From Oligoflexales bacterium (GTDB lineage: Bacteria; Bdellovibrionota_B; Oligoflexia; Oligoflexales; Bog-1112), in the NCBI GenBank assembly GCA_045106415.1, contig JBGCEP010000008.1, positions 1-40,659 of the forward strand: DNA of 40,659 bases. The letters run 5' to 3'. Of the stretch, positions 27,720 through 37,127 are shown one piece after another (position 1 is the stretch's first letter; each line of letters starts with the position of its first letter). Position numbers and translations under genes: made by a program. Under the pieces are notes generated by a model that saw only the letters and a list, made by a program, of their open reading frames with translations, did no database searches and was not told where the DNA came from.

Positions 27720-30700
27720 TTATAAATCCGCTGCGGGCAAAGAATCCCCCATTTCGGAAGCTCCGTCACCTTTGTGGACTCCTCCGTCTCCAGTTCCTAG
27801 TTTTCCATAGTCATTATTACCCCAGCATTTCACCGTATGATTGTCGAGAAGAGCGCAAGCCGCTTCTACACCTAATTCAACTTGTGTAGCATGGCGTCCT
27901 GTTCCTAAATCAATAGCTGATAAGTTATCGCCCATTTCCCCTGCGTCATCGCCGATTCTATCCGTATTTCCTTTTCCTAATTGACCGTAGTTATTCTCTC
28001 CCCAGCACTTCAAATCATTATTATCAAGAATGGCACAAATAAAATAATCCCCTACAGAAACTTGAGATACGGTTCGACCCACTCCTAAATCAATGACCGC
28101 TAAACTATCTCCCATTTCCCCTGCACCATCGCCGTGATCCTCTGAAGAGGCATTTCCTAACTGACCCTGAAACCCTTCTCCCCAACATTTTAAATCAGCA
28201 TTATCAAGAATAGCGCAAGTATTGTATCCTCCTGCGCTTATAGAAACAGGGGTTCTTCCTGTTCCTAGATCAATAGCGGCTAAGTTATCGCCCATCTCTG
28301 ATGCTGCGTCCCCTGTCTGGGAATCAATTTCTTGACCGACAGCACCATGCGGACCATATCCCCAACATTTCATGTCACTATTATCCAAAACAGCGCATGT
28401 ATGTAAAAATCCTGCTACTATTTTTGTTGCTGTTCGACCTGTGCCAAGTTCTGCATATGCAAGGGAATCCCCCATTTCCCCTGCGCCATCACCGATATTA
28501 TTTGTTGAGCCAATGCCTAGCTGTCCTGCGTTGTTGCGTCCCCAACACTTCACTTTCCCATTGTCTAAAATAGCGCAGTGATGTTGAAGACCTGACGCAA
28601 TATCAACTGCCGTTCGAGCAGTTCCTAAATTGACAGAAGCAAGAGAGTCTCCCATCTCACCTGGAGAGTTGCCAATACTGACTGAGTTCGATTCATTACC
28701 TAGTTGCCCTAAATATTCTGTTCCCCAGCATTTGACAATCCCATTATCTAAAACAGCGCAGCTACTATGATCTGCTGTTGCAATTTTGGTAATGCTACGT
28801 CCTGTGCCTAAATCGACAAAAGGTAAATTGGTACCCATTTCAGATGAGCCATCTCCAGCGTGACTTCCGCTACCTATACCTGCTTGCCCATTTTCATTTC
28901 TCCCCCAGCATTTAAGACTGTTGTCAGAAAAAATGCCACAAAATGTCGATCCTATAGCTTTTTGCAAGGTTGATATTGTTCTTGCTGTAAAACCATCACC
29001 GTTGGATACGACCCCAATATTTCCTGCTGTATCAGTTGCTCGGATTGTAGCGTAATAAGTCAAACCTTCAGTAAGATCCAAACCCGTTAATGTAATTGAA
29101 GTCACAAGACCAACGTTTTGCCAAGTAAGAGTGTTTATCGCACCTGAAGAGGTACCAAGGGCAACTTCATAATAAGCGACTCCTGATGTTGCATCACTGC
29201 TTGCACTCCATGACATTGCAGGGCTGACTTCAGAGTTTAAGTTAAAGGCTCCGTCAACAAAAGACCCTGGTGCAGACGGAGCGACGTTATCATGAAGAAT
29301 TGTATCCGAAACACAACTGGATTCATTCCCTGCTTCGTCCTTAAACTGAGCGTAAACTGTTGCCGTTGCATTTGTTTGAGCTAAGGACCAACCTGTTTTC
29401 GTTGTTGAGTATGCTTCCCAGCTTCCACCTGAGCCACATGCTGCAGTGTTTGTCACAAGCATCTCACTTGCATCTACAGCTGAAGGCGATAAAGCAACCG
29501 TTGTACTGATCGATGTTGCAGCCCCACTTGATATTGTTAAAGAAGGTGATAAAGGTGCGATATTATCGTGCACGATCGTATCGTTGATACAAGTTGATGT
29601 ATTTCCAGCTTCATCTTTGAATTTGACGTAAACGGTTGCTGTTGCATTTGTTTGTCCTAAACTCCAACCCGCTTTCGATGTTGCATAACTTTCCCAACTT
29701 CCATCTGCAGCACAGCCTGAAGTATTAGTCACATACATCTCCGATGCACCAGCTGCACTTAGTGTTAAATCAGGTGTTTCATCTGCTATATGTGTTCCAC
29801 CATCAATAGCAATGGAATGACTCGAAGGAGCTAGTGAATCATGTGTAATAGAATCATTGATACAGTTCGATTCATTACCAGCTTCATCCTTAAACTTCAC
29901 ATAAACTGTTGCTAAGGCATTCGTTTGACCTAAAGACCAACCTGCTTTCGATGTCGCATAACTCTCCCAAGAGCCGTCAGCACCACAACCTGCTGTATTT
30001 GTCACATACATCTCACTTGCACCAACAGCTGAAAGAGTGAGGTCAGGAGTACTATCGGATGTGTGTGTACCTGCACTAAAAATAATAGAAACACTGGATG
30101 GAGCTATCGAATCATGAGTCACCGTATCATTCACACAGCTTGATTCATTACCAGCTTCATCCTTGAACTTAACATAGACTGTCGTTAACGCGTTTGTTTG
30201 GCTTAAAGTCCACGATAACTTTGACACACCATAATTTTCCCAAGTTCCATCGCTATTACACCCAGCTGTATTTGTCACATACATTGCTGTTGCATCAGTT
30301 GCACTCAAAGTAAGATTGGGGGATGTTTCAGAAATAAAGTCTCCCCCATCAATCACAAGTGACGGAGACTGAGGAGCAACACTGTCATGTAACACAGCAT
30401 CAGAGATACAGTTCGTTTCGTTCAAAGCAACATCTCGGAATTTAGCATACAGTGTATTCGATTGATTTGAGTTTGGCAGCGTCACGCTCTTAGAAGTTTG
30501 ATACTCTTCCCAGTTTCCACCTATGCTACAGCTGGAATCTTCTGTTATATACACTTCAGATGCATCACTAACATCAAAATTAAATGTTGTATTTAGAAAT
30601 GAAACAACTCCGGCACCAGAAGCAAGGTTAGCTTGATTAATAACTGGTTTTGTGACGTCAACTGTATAAGATAAACTCACCTGACTACAGTTACCAGGAG

Positions 30701-32030
30701 CATCAGATTTTGACATTTTTGCATAAAAAACATGAGGCCCTTCCGTCAATGTCGGGAGAGACATTTGAATTGTTTGAGTTGTTGCTGTACCTGAAACCAA
30801 AAGGTTCCCACAAGTTTGATCACTATAAATTCCGACAACCGCTCCAGATTCAACACCGTCAACTTGAAGAACCGGTCTCAATTCAGAAGAGTTTGACAAC
30901 ACAGGAGAAACAAGGCTTAAACCTGTCGGTGCAGATAAGTCTGTCAATAGAGTGTATGATAAATAAGAACGCGAACACGCCCCAAGGCCACCATGACTAT
31001 TTTCCGCACGGGCATAAAATTGATAAGCCCCCACTTTACTTAGCCTAGGACTCAATGAAAGAGCTCCACCTACTGACGCTTGTAATGAAACCAAAGCGTC
31101 TCCATCACAATTTTCATTTGTATACACAGAAACGATATCTCCTGCTAATACAGGCTCTAAAGAAAGAACGGGTGTTGCACTTAAGCCAGCAGACTTTTCA
31201 GTTGTTATCCCCGTGATTTCTTGCGCTCCTAAAATAAAAGTACCTACAAGATTTGTCGGCTTAAAACAAATAGATTGGTCTCTCAGCTCTCCTGTATAAA
31301 GAGTTCTTGTTTTATTCCAATCTAAGAAAGTCATAGTAGTAACATTGGACGATTTCAAATCCCAGCATAGGTCAATATCTTTACTTAACCACTCTGACAC
31401 CTCTTGTCCAGAATCGTCTAAAACGCCACCTTGCATGACACCTTTTTTTTCTGCGTCTTCCACAAAATAAATCTGATCCGCTTTCACTGTCGACGAATCA
31501 TAAGTCATCTTCAGTGTGCCATTTATAAAATCTTTTTCAAAAACAAGCGCTTCTCCCAATTGAGTTTTTTCTTCAAATACAACTGAAAAAAGACCTGGAA
31601 GTGATTGTGTTTGTATGCAAATTTTTCCAGCACTTTGTACTCCATCCACCTCAGTACTATCACTCCCATCAAGGGCACTAATTTTTACTTTCGACGCATC
31701 TAAAGTGCTTTCTGAAATATTAAGACAAACTTTAACGTCTTTGTTTATTTTTGGTGTCGAAGTCTGTTCACTTCGAGCAGTAATAATAAGAGCATATTCA
31801 CCTGTATCTTTTACATCAAACATCACTGGTGATTCAAAAGTTCCTTCTAATACATTCACAGAACCATTTAAAGTTTCTACAGTAACTTCTTCTGTATGTG
31901 GTATGATTTTTGATTCGCTAGCATTTTTCACACCAACTTCAACACCGTTCAGAGATCTCGTGCTAGAAACCTTTTCTCCTTCGCAAGACAGAAGACTCCA
32001 CACAACAATTAAGGTTTGAATAAACTTCAT
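27720..32030 (-). CDS. Large surface lipoprotein: Ig-like repeat stalk, FN3-like domain and C-terminal RCC1/BLIP-II beta-propeller
   Basis: Lipobox LLSC after MKFIQ (ATG 32030, GGGGG RBS); tandem ~91-aa repeats; WSASSD..SGV..YEV (FN3-like); seven CWG..GQ.G repeats. Confidence 0.88.
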   Translation of the reverse strand: MKFIQTLIVVWSLLSCEGEKVSSTRSLNGVEVGVKNASESKIIPHTEEVTVETLNGSVNVLEGTFESPVMFDVKDTGEYALIITARSEQTSTPKINKDVKVCLNISESTLDASKVKISALDGSDSTEVDGVQSAGKICIQTQSLPGLFSVVFEEKTQLGEALVFEKDFINGTLKMTYDSSTVKADQIYFVEDAEKKGVMQGGVLDDSGQEVSEWLSKDIDLCWDLKSSNVTTMTFLDWNKTRTLYTGELRDQSICFKPTNLVGTFILGAQEITGITTEKSAGLSATPVLSLEPVLAGDIVSVYTNENCDGDALVSLQASVGGALSLSPRLSKVGAYQFYARAENSHGGLGACSRSYLSYTLLTDLSAPTGLSLVSPVLSNSSELRPVLQVDGVESGAVVGIYSDQTCGNLLVSGTATTQTIQMSLPTLTEGPHVFYAKMSKSDAPGNCSQVSLSYTVDVTKPVINQANLASGAGVVSFLNTTFNFDVSDASEVYITEDSSCSIGGNWEEYQTSKSVTLPNSNQSNTLYAKFRDVALNETNCISDAVLHDSVAPQSPSLVIDGGDFISETSPNLTLSATDATAMYVTNTAGCNSDGTWENYGVSKLSWTLSQTNALTTVYVKFKDEAGNESSCVNDTVTHDSIAPSSVSIIFSAGTHTSDSTPDLTLSAVGASEMYVTNTAGCGADGSWESYATSKAGWSLGQTNALATVYVKFKDEAGNESNCINDSITHDSLAPSSHSIAIDGGTHIADETPDLTLSAAGASEMYVTNTSGCAADGSWESYATSKAGWSLGQTNATATVYVKFKDEAGNTSTCINDTIVHDNIAPLSPSLTISSGAATSISTTVALSPSAVDASEMLVTNTAACGSGGSWEAYSTTKTGWSLAQTNATATVYAQFKDEAGNESSCVSDTILHDNVAPSAPGSFVDGAFNLNSEVSPAMSWSASSDATSGVAYYEVALGTSSGAINTLTWQNVGLVTSITLTGLDLTEGLTYYATIRATDTAGNIGVVSNGDGFTARTISTLQKAIGSTFCGIFSDNSLKCWGRNENGQAGIGSGSHAGDGSSEMGTNLPFVDLGTGRSITKIATADHSSCAVLDNGIVKCWGTEYLGQLGNESNSVSIGNSPGEMGDSLASVNLGTARTAVDIASGLQHHCAILDNGKVKCWGRNNAGQLGIGSTNNIGDGAGEMGDSLAYAELGTGRTATKIVAGFLHTCAVLDNSDMKCWGYGPHGAVGQEIDSQTGDAASEMGDNLAAIDLGTGRTPVSISAGGYNTCAILDNADLKCWGEGFQGQLGNASSEDHGDGAGEMGDSLAVIDLGVGRTVSQVSVGDYFICAILDNNDLKCWGENNYGQLGKGNTDRIGDDAGEMGDNLSAIDLGTGRHATQVELGVEAACALLDNHTVKCWGNNDYGKLGTGDGGVHKGDGASEMGDSLPAADL
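27725..28965 (-). repeat. Seven ~180-bp RCC1/BLIP-II-like coding repeats
   Basis: CA.LDN...KCWG....GQLG....GD...EMGD.L...DLG.GR units; CWG codons near 28902, 28723, 28540, 28360, 28180, 28000, 27820. Confidence 0.9.
29275..30620 (-). repeat. Five ~273-bp (91-aa) Ig-like coding repeats
   Basis: ASEMYVTNTAGC...G.WE.Y...W.L.QTNA..TVYVKFKDEAGN.S.C..D...HD..AP; TCACATACAT recurs at ~273-bp spacing. Confidence 0.9.
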
Positions 32031-32061
32031 ACTGCCCCCTGTCGATGATTCATACTTAGGC

Positions 32062-32089
32062 TGTTCGGATTCTAATTTAAAAAAGTTAA
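32062..32089 (-). promoter_or_regulatory. sigma28/FliA-like promoter
   Basis: TTAA-N16-TCCGAACA about 32 nt upstream of ATG 32030. Confidence 0.45.
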
Positions 32090-32760
32090 ATTTTTTTAAA
32101 CAAATATAGAAATGATAATTCCCCACAATATTCCCTCTATAACCATTTAAAAATAAAGGTGAATATTCTCATTCAGATAATTTTTATTCTACAAACAATA
32201 TCAATCTATATCCGAACCCAGATTTAAAAAACAAAAATACCGAGACAGACATGCTTATATAATCGATGCCGATCCGTTCAAAGTAACCTTCTTTTAATTT
32301 TATTTTCGCTTAATAATCCCAGGGTCGAGACAAATTTGATCGTCACTTTGGTTTGATAAAGAGATTGAATTCAGTTTAAAAGATAATAAATCTCTAATGG
32401 CCTAGGGTTGCAGACAATATTTGATTCTTCAGCTATCTAAAATAGACTTAATTTTTTTATGATCATTTCACACACCTAAGAATCAGAATGACACGAAGTT
32501 GTTTGATTTTTTTACAGCGTTGTAAAATATGAAGAGGATGAATTCTATCGCAATAATGAAAAAATGTCACAAACACGAGCTCAAAATTCACTATTAATTA
32601 AGGATATTTAAGAAAAAAGAAGAGAATTAAAAAATCGCCACTTTAGTCATAATTAATGTCGGACATCAAGATATCTTTTAAAAAACATTAGAGAAATTTA
32701 TTGAATATGCGAATATCATTCGTTCTACACACATAAAATAAAACATTTAAAAAATACTTC

Positions 32761-32788
32761 TCAATTTTTATGAAACTTCATCCGATAA
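32761..32788 (+). promoter_or_regulatory. sigma28/FliA-like promoter
   Basis: TCAA-N16-TCCGATAA about 30 nt upstream of ATG 32818. Confidence 0.5.
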
Positions 32789-32817
32789 ATAGGTGTATTT
32801 TTAAAAAGGTTTTGCAT

Positions 32818-33933
32818 ATGACTTCCCATTTTTCTATCTTTATTTTTATAATTTTCTTTTTAATATCCAGCTGTAGTGGAAAAAAATATACTGGCCGAAC
32901 TCAATCTTCTGATGGGGCTGAGTCTGCACAAGCTCTTGAAAATGATCAAGATGCACAAGCTGAAGGAAATATAAATGAAGATGATGAAAATGAAATCCTC
33001 CCTCCTGACGAACCTAATATTAATCTTTCGTTAGAGGATGAAACAACTGAAACAAAAATACTAAATGTAAACCTTGACGCAAACATTTGGGGAGTTGGGT
33101 CAGGTAAATCTTTAAACGCTACATTTTCTTTAACCACGAATAGCACCGTCGATCTTACAAAAGGTATCCTTGAAGAGGTTGGGAGCTTACTCATCAATGA
33201 AGATAAAGAAACAGTCATCACCGAAGGAGTTGAATTTGTAGGCCAGTGTCAATACATGAGTTTTGTAAGCTCTGACTCTTCAAGCACTACAACTCTATCT
33301 CTTAGTCCAAGCATCCCCCTAGCTGGATCTGTTGGAGGATCTTCTGATTTTGAAAAAGCTTTAGCAAGCACAGCAAGCATCATTGTTTCTGGACCTTATT
33401 TCCTTATTGAAGAAGGTGATCATGTCGATTCTCTTAAAGAAAAATGTCAACAACAGCTTAGAGATAAATACACAGATATTATTGCTGAGCAGATTAAAAT
33501 ATTAGTTGAACAAAAAGTCGTACGAGATGAGCGAGAACAAATTCAATCAATGATGGATTCTATTAAAGGTGGGGCTGAAACAGTTTTTAGCAACGTAAAC
33601 AAAGTAGGAGGGGTCATCTCCTCCGTAGGAAGCACAACAGCTGATGGAGTCAGTGTTGTTACAGGAACTGTAGACGATGTGGCTGACTCAGTGACCGATG
33701 GAGCTGGTTCTGTGATTGATAAGGTTGGTGGGCTTTTTCTCTCTGAAGAAGAAAATTATTCTTTATGCTACAGTATTTCTGTCAACATCAGCGATTTAAG
33801 TATCAGCAAGGAAAGATATACCAATTGTCAAGGTGAAGTCTATAACGACGAAGCACCACACGCTATTCAACGTGCCATTGAAATAGCACAGGACATTGCT
33901 CTCACAGCAACACAGTATGGAATAAAGCTTTGA
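32818..33933 (+). CDS. Hypothetical lipoprotein
   Basis: Lipobox ISSC after hydrophobic stretch; acidic linker; G/V/D-rich amphipathic segment near C-terminus. Confidence 0.7.
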   Translation: MTSHFSIFIFIIFFLISSCSGKKYTGRTQSSDGAESAQALENDQDAQAEGNINEDDENEILPPDEPNINLSLEDETTETKILNVNLDANIWGVGSGKSLNATFSLTTNSTVDLTKGILEEVGSLLINEDKETVITEGVEFVGQCQYMSFVSSDSSSTTTLSLSPSIPLAGSVGGSSDFEKALASTASIIVSGPYFLIEEGDHVDSLKEKCQQQLRDKYTDIIAEQIKILVEQKVVRDEREQIQSMMDSIKGGAETVFSNVNKVGGVISSVGSTTADGVSVVTGTVDDVADSVTDGAGSVIDKVGGLFLSEEENYSLCYSISVNISDLSISKERYTNCQGEVYNDEAPHAIQRAIEIAQDIALTATQYGIKL

Positions 33934-33945
33934 TATTTCAATTTA

Positions 33946-35289
33946 TTAAATATCTTCATGACCTTGTGGGCACACAAGCTCATTAATATAAAACCTGTTT
34001 TGCCGCCAAATTAATGGAGACTGACAAACACTACATTTCAGCTTTGTTTCTTGAGATTCTTTAAAATTTAGTTTAAAGAGCCCCATTTTCATACCCTCTA
34101 AGCTTCTCAAATCATCACGTTCAATAAAATCCCATTTTAAATCTCTAAAATGATTTCGAATTGAATAAAACAATCGACCCGTTAGAACAACTTCTCCTTG
34201 CTCTGCAGCACTACTTATTCTCGAAGCAACGTGAACTTCTTGACCATCTGGCGTAAAATCAAACTGCTCATCTGAACCAAAAAAACCTAGACTTGCAGGC
34301 CCCATAGAACCACCAATACGAATTCCTAGTTGGTCCACATGAAATTCACCGCGAATGTCATTAATATACTCTTCCCAAGATGCGAAAAGCTCCTGCATAA
34401 AACGTACAAGTTTCTCTTCCCACATAGGATTATTATAATTAGCCACCAATAGAACACCATCACCTAAAAATTTAGGGACTAAAACTCCATGCTCACCTCC
34501 TAGTTTGACACATAGATTAAAAAAATCGATCTTAATTTTACTAAACAATGGCTTTGGTGCAATCTGCCCAAACGCTGTCGAGCCAGAAAGGTCAGCGAAG
34601 AGCACAGCCATACTATCAAAATAATTTTCTTTATTAAGTGTCCATTTACCTTCTTTAGCTTCTTCTCTAATACGTTTGGGGACAGTTAATCTCAGACATT
34701 CTTCATTTTTAAGAGAATCAAACTCATGCTCCCTAACCTGAACATCTCTTCTTATTTTTTCTACAATAAGTCCATATACAGCTAAAAAACAACCTTGTGC
34801 CAAAATATAACTCACTGCTAATATTTTATGTGGAAGATCTGAACTTTCAGGAATAAGAACTGCTATTAATAAAGAAAAAGATGAAATGATAATGAAAAAT
34901 ATTCCAAAAATCGTCGGCAAAAAAAGGCTCATGAAAACAGTTGTTGCTGTAATCAAAGCTCCAGTAAGATATACAGAATCAGCTCCTCCAGTCAAAGAAA
35001 CCATATAAGCTGTGAAAACACACGGGAGAAGTCCTGCAAAAATACTTCCAAACATTAGAAAATTAAATGATTTAATTTTATAAGTTGCATAAAAGACAAC
35101 CAGGTAAATGATAGAAGCTAAAAAACGAAGAGATATAAATTGAGTGGCATACTCAGGGACTAATTCTATATCAAAAAAACTAAATAATAGAAAAAAGGGA
35201 ACAGCAATCACTGTCAGATATTTAAATCCATGCCTAGTATAATTCGATTGTGTTTCATCATTCAATTCAATGTTAATCGAACTAGACAT
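33946..35289 (-). CDS. Membrane-bound class III adenylate/guanylate cyclase (about 6 TM) with C-terminal Zn ribbon
   Basis: VLFADLSGST, KFLGDG, IRIG...G, DFT..G..VHVASR; CSVC...CPQGH tail. Confidence 0.88.
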   Translation of the reverse strand: MSSSINIELNDETQSNYTRHGFKYLTVIAVPFFLLFSFFDIELVPEYATQFISLRFLASIIYLVVFYATYKIKSFNFLMFGSIFAGLLPCVFTAYMVSLTGGADSVYLTGALITATTVFMSLFLPTIFGIFFIIISSFSLLIAVLIPESSDLPHKILAVSYILAQGCFLAVYGLIVEKIRRDVQVREHEFDSLKNEECLRLTVPKRIREEAKEGKWTLNKENYFDSMAVLFADLSGSTAFGQIAPKPLFSKIKIDFFNLCVKLGGEHGVLVPKFLGDGVLLVANYNNPMWEEKLVRFMQELFASWEEYINDIRGEFHVDQLGIRIGGSMGPASLGFFGSDEQFDFTPDGQEVHVASRISSAAEQGEVVLTGRLFYSIRNHFRDLKWDFIERDDLRSLEGMKMGLFKLNFKESQETKLKCSVCQSPLIWRQNRFYINELVCPQGHEDI

Positions 35290-35320
35290 AGAGACTGCTG
35301 TTCCAAAAGTTAAATTATCA

Positions 35321-36727
35321 TTAATATTTCATACATAAAAAATATTGATTTCCGCCTTCATCTTTTTCTATTTTTGCATCCGGACAATCATCTGGTGCAA
35401 CTTTTAGTAGTTCCTCTTCAGACCTTAACTCTAAAACCCAATCAACAAGACACTCACCTATTGTTTTTGAGTAGCACTCTTTAGAGAAATTCCCAACTAC
35501 CATTTCACTTTTATTTTTTGTCAAGTGACCTGTAAGAATTTGAGTTAAACGACGCGCAGCTCCATAGTTTAAGTAATCATAAAGACCTGCGCTATAGACC
35601 ATATCGTACTTCATATCTTTTGGACCTGGAGGAGTTCCATTATAAAGATCTCGCACGCCTGTTTGGCTGTAGTGAACAATAGCCTTAAGCTGTTTGGAAA
35701 GAAGAATATTTGAAATTCTTGTTTTTGCATCAAGAAGCGCATTCACATCTTGGTCCATAAGAACAAATTCAAATCTATTGACAATTTCTGGGTCGGATGT
35801 TTCAAAAAAATGCGCGACTTCTTGTGCTGGACCACAGCCTACGGATAAAACCTTAAGTCTTTTATCAGGGTTTTTCTTGGCAAACTCTTCAAACTTATGA
35901 ACAAACATCCCCCTTCGCAAACGCACCGACTGACACGCAGGCTCTTCATTAAAATACATATGCATTAAAGAGCCAAAAGTATCAGAACTCTCAGGTACAT
36001 GCCTGTACATTTGATTCATCATTTCAAAATCGCCTGCATAGCCTAGAGGCTTCTCATAAGACCTTTTTAGAATTGGTGCATCAGATAAATATTTCATTAA
36101 GTTATGACGAAAAAATCGTATACAACTTTCTTTAATAGAAGGCTCAAAAATTTCATCACGGATATTATCAACAGATTTACTAAAATCCAACATCCGTTTG
36201 ATAAATGATGGTCCAATTAATTGAATAATGGCTCTTTTTGATTGTTGTCTTTTTTGTTCTGAAAGAACCATCATTGAATTTTCATAATCTTGAATTTGAT
36301 TTTTCACAACCGAAAGATAGTGGTCAATATCATAAACTAAAGACTTTAATGTATTTGGAATGTTCGAATATTCGTGGTCTGCAATTTCAATCATAGGCTT
36401 AATTTTCCAGCAAGAAGCAATCGCAGAAACCATGCCTGCTCCACCTTCAATTTCTTGAAAATAACATCCCGTCCTCTGATCATCTACCCATCGACATTCC
36501 AGTTGACCTTGCACAACAACTTCTTCACTATCTGGAGTCATAATTTGAAAACTCAAAGACTCTTTATCCTCTACACTACCTTCAAAACAACACCCAAAGT
36601 CAGAAACATCAATAAGATTATAGTCCTTATCTCCAACTCGAATTTTTAAATCAGAACCAATTTCTAAAAATCGATCATGCCTTAGTACATAACTAGGACT
36701 TTCATCTTTCTTAAATGCTACAGACAT
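35321..36727 (-). CDS. PilZ-like domain + class I SAM-dependent methyltransferase (PhcB-like)
   Basis: N-terminal LRHDRF...DVSDFG...CRW....G (PilZ-like); KPLGYAGDFEMMN, VLSVGCGPA.E, MDQD, YDMVYSAGLYDYL, VGNF, W.L..R. Confidence 0.8.
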   Translation of the reverse strand: MSVAFKKDESPSYVLRHDRFLEIGSDLKIRVGDKDYNLIDVSDFGCCFEGSVEDKESLSFQIMTPDSEEVVVQGQLECRWVDDQRTGCYFQEIEGGAGMVSAIASCWKIKPMIEIADHEYSNIPNTLKSLVYDIDHYLSVVKNQIQDYENSMMVLSEQKRQQSKRAIIQLIGPSFIKRMLDFSKSVDNIRDEIFEPSIKESCIRFFRHNLMKYLSDAPILKRSYEKPLGYAGDFEMMNQMYRHVPESSDTFGSLMHMYFNEEPACQSVRLRRGMFVHKFEEFAKKNPDKRLKVLSVGCGPAQEVAHFFETSDPEIVNRFEFVLMDQDVNALLDAKTRISNILLSKQLKAIVHYSQTGVRDLYNGTPPGPKDMKYDMVYSAGLYDYLNYGAARRLTQILTGHLTKNKSEMVVGNFSKECYSKTIGECLVDWVLELRSEEELLKVAPDDCPDAKIEKDEGGNQYFLCMKY

Positions 36728-36820
36728 ATTCCCCCCCTTGATAACGTCATAAAGCGTATCGGCATCGCGGGAAAATATCAAAACCATAAACACCTTAACT
36801 CACTAACATCAAAGCAATTA

Positions 36821-37015
36821 TTAATTATAAGGGCAATTAAAGCAGTCATTTTCACAACAATAACCTCTCTTTAATAAATATTCTCTGCTCAATATCATAA
36901 GGCCATCTTTGCTCCATTCAAAATCAACACCTTCGATAAGTAAATCATTACTTTTATCATTTTCTGTCATATCTTTTTCATTTTTATCTTTTTTTGCATT
37001 CATACTCACCTTCAT
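36821..37015 (-). CDS. Small Cys-rich protein (DUF5522-like)
   Basis: G.MIL...YLLKRGYCC...C.NCPY motif. Confidence 0.75.
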   Translation of the reverse strand: MKVSMNAKKDKNEKDMTENDKSNDLLIEGVDFEWSKDGLMILSREYLLKRGYCCENDCFNCPYN

Positions 37016-37077
37016 TACAACTATTTTAATATTCCATACATATTATAAAAAAAAGAAATATTTTTTTCATAAAAAAG

Positions 37078-37104
37078 TGAAGTTTTAAGAAAACATTCCG
37101 ATTA
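37078..37104 (+). promoter_or_regulatory. sigma28/FliA-like promoter
   Basis: TGAAGTTT-N11-TCCGATTA, close to TAAAGTTT-N11-GCCGATAA. Confidence 0.55.
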
Positions 37105-37127
37105 TCTACACAGGTACATGAGGAGAG

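Noticed and set aside
27725..30620. Regular DNA repeats as a possible CRISPR array or DGR template/variable repeat
   Set aside because: Periods are 180 and 273 bp, in frame within one ORF, with mostly synonymous divergence; no cas or reverse transcriptase gene in the window
32130..32760. 630-bp AT-rich divergent intergenic region as riboswitch/ncRNA
   Set aside because: No recognisable Rfam-type motif or strong stem seen by eye; explained as divergent promoter space
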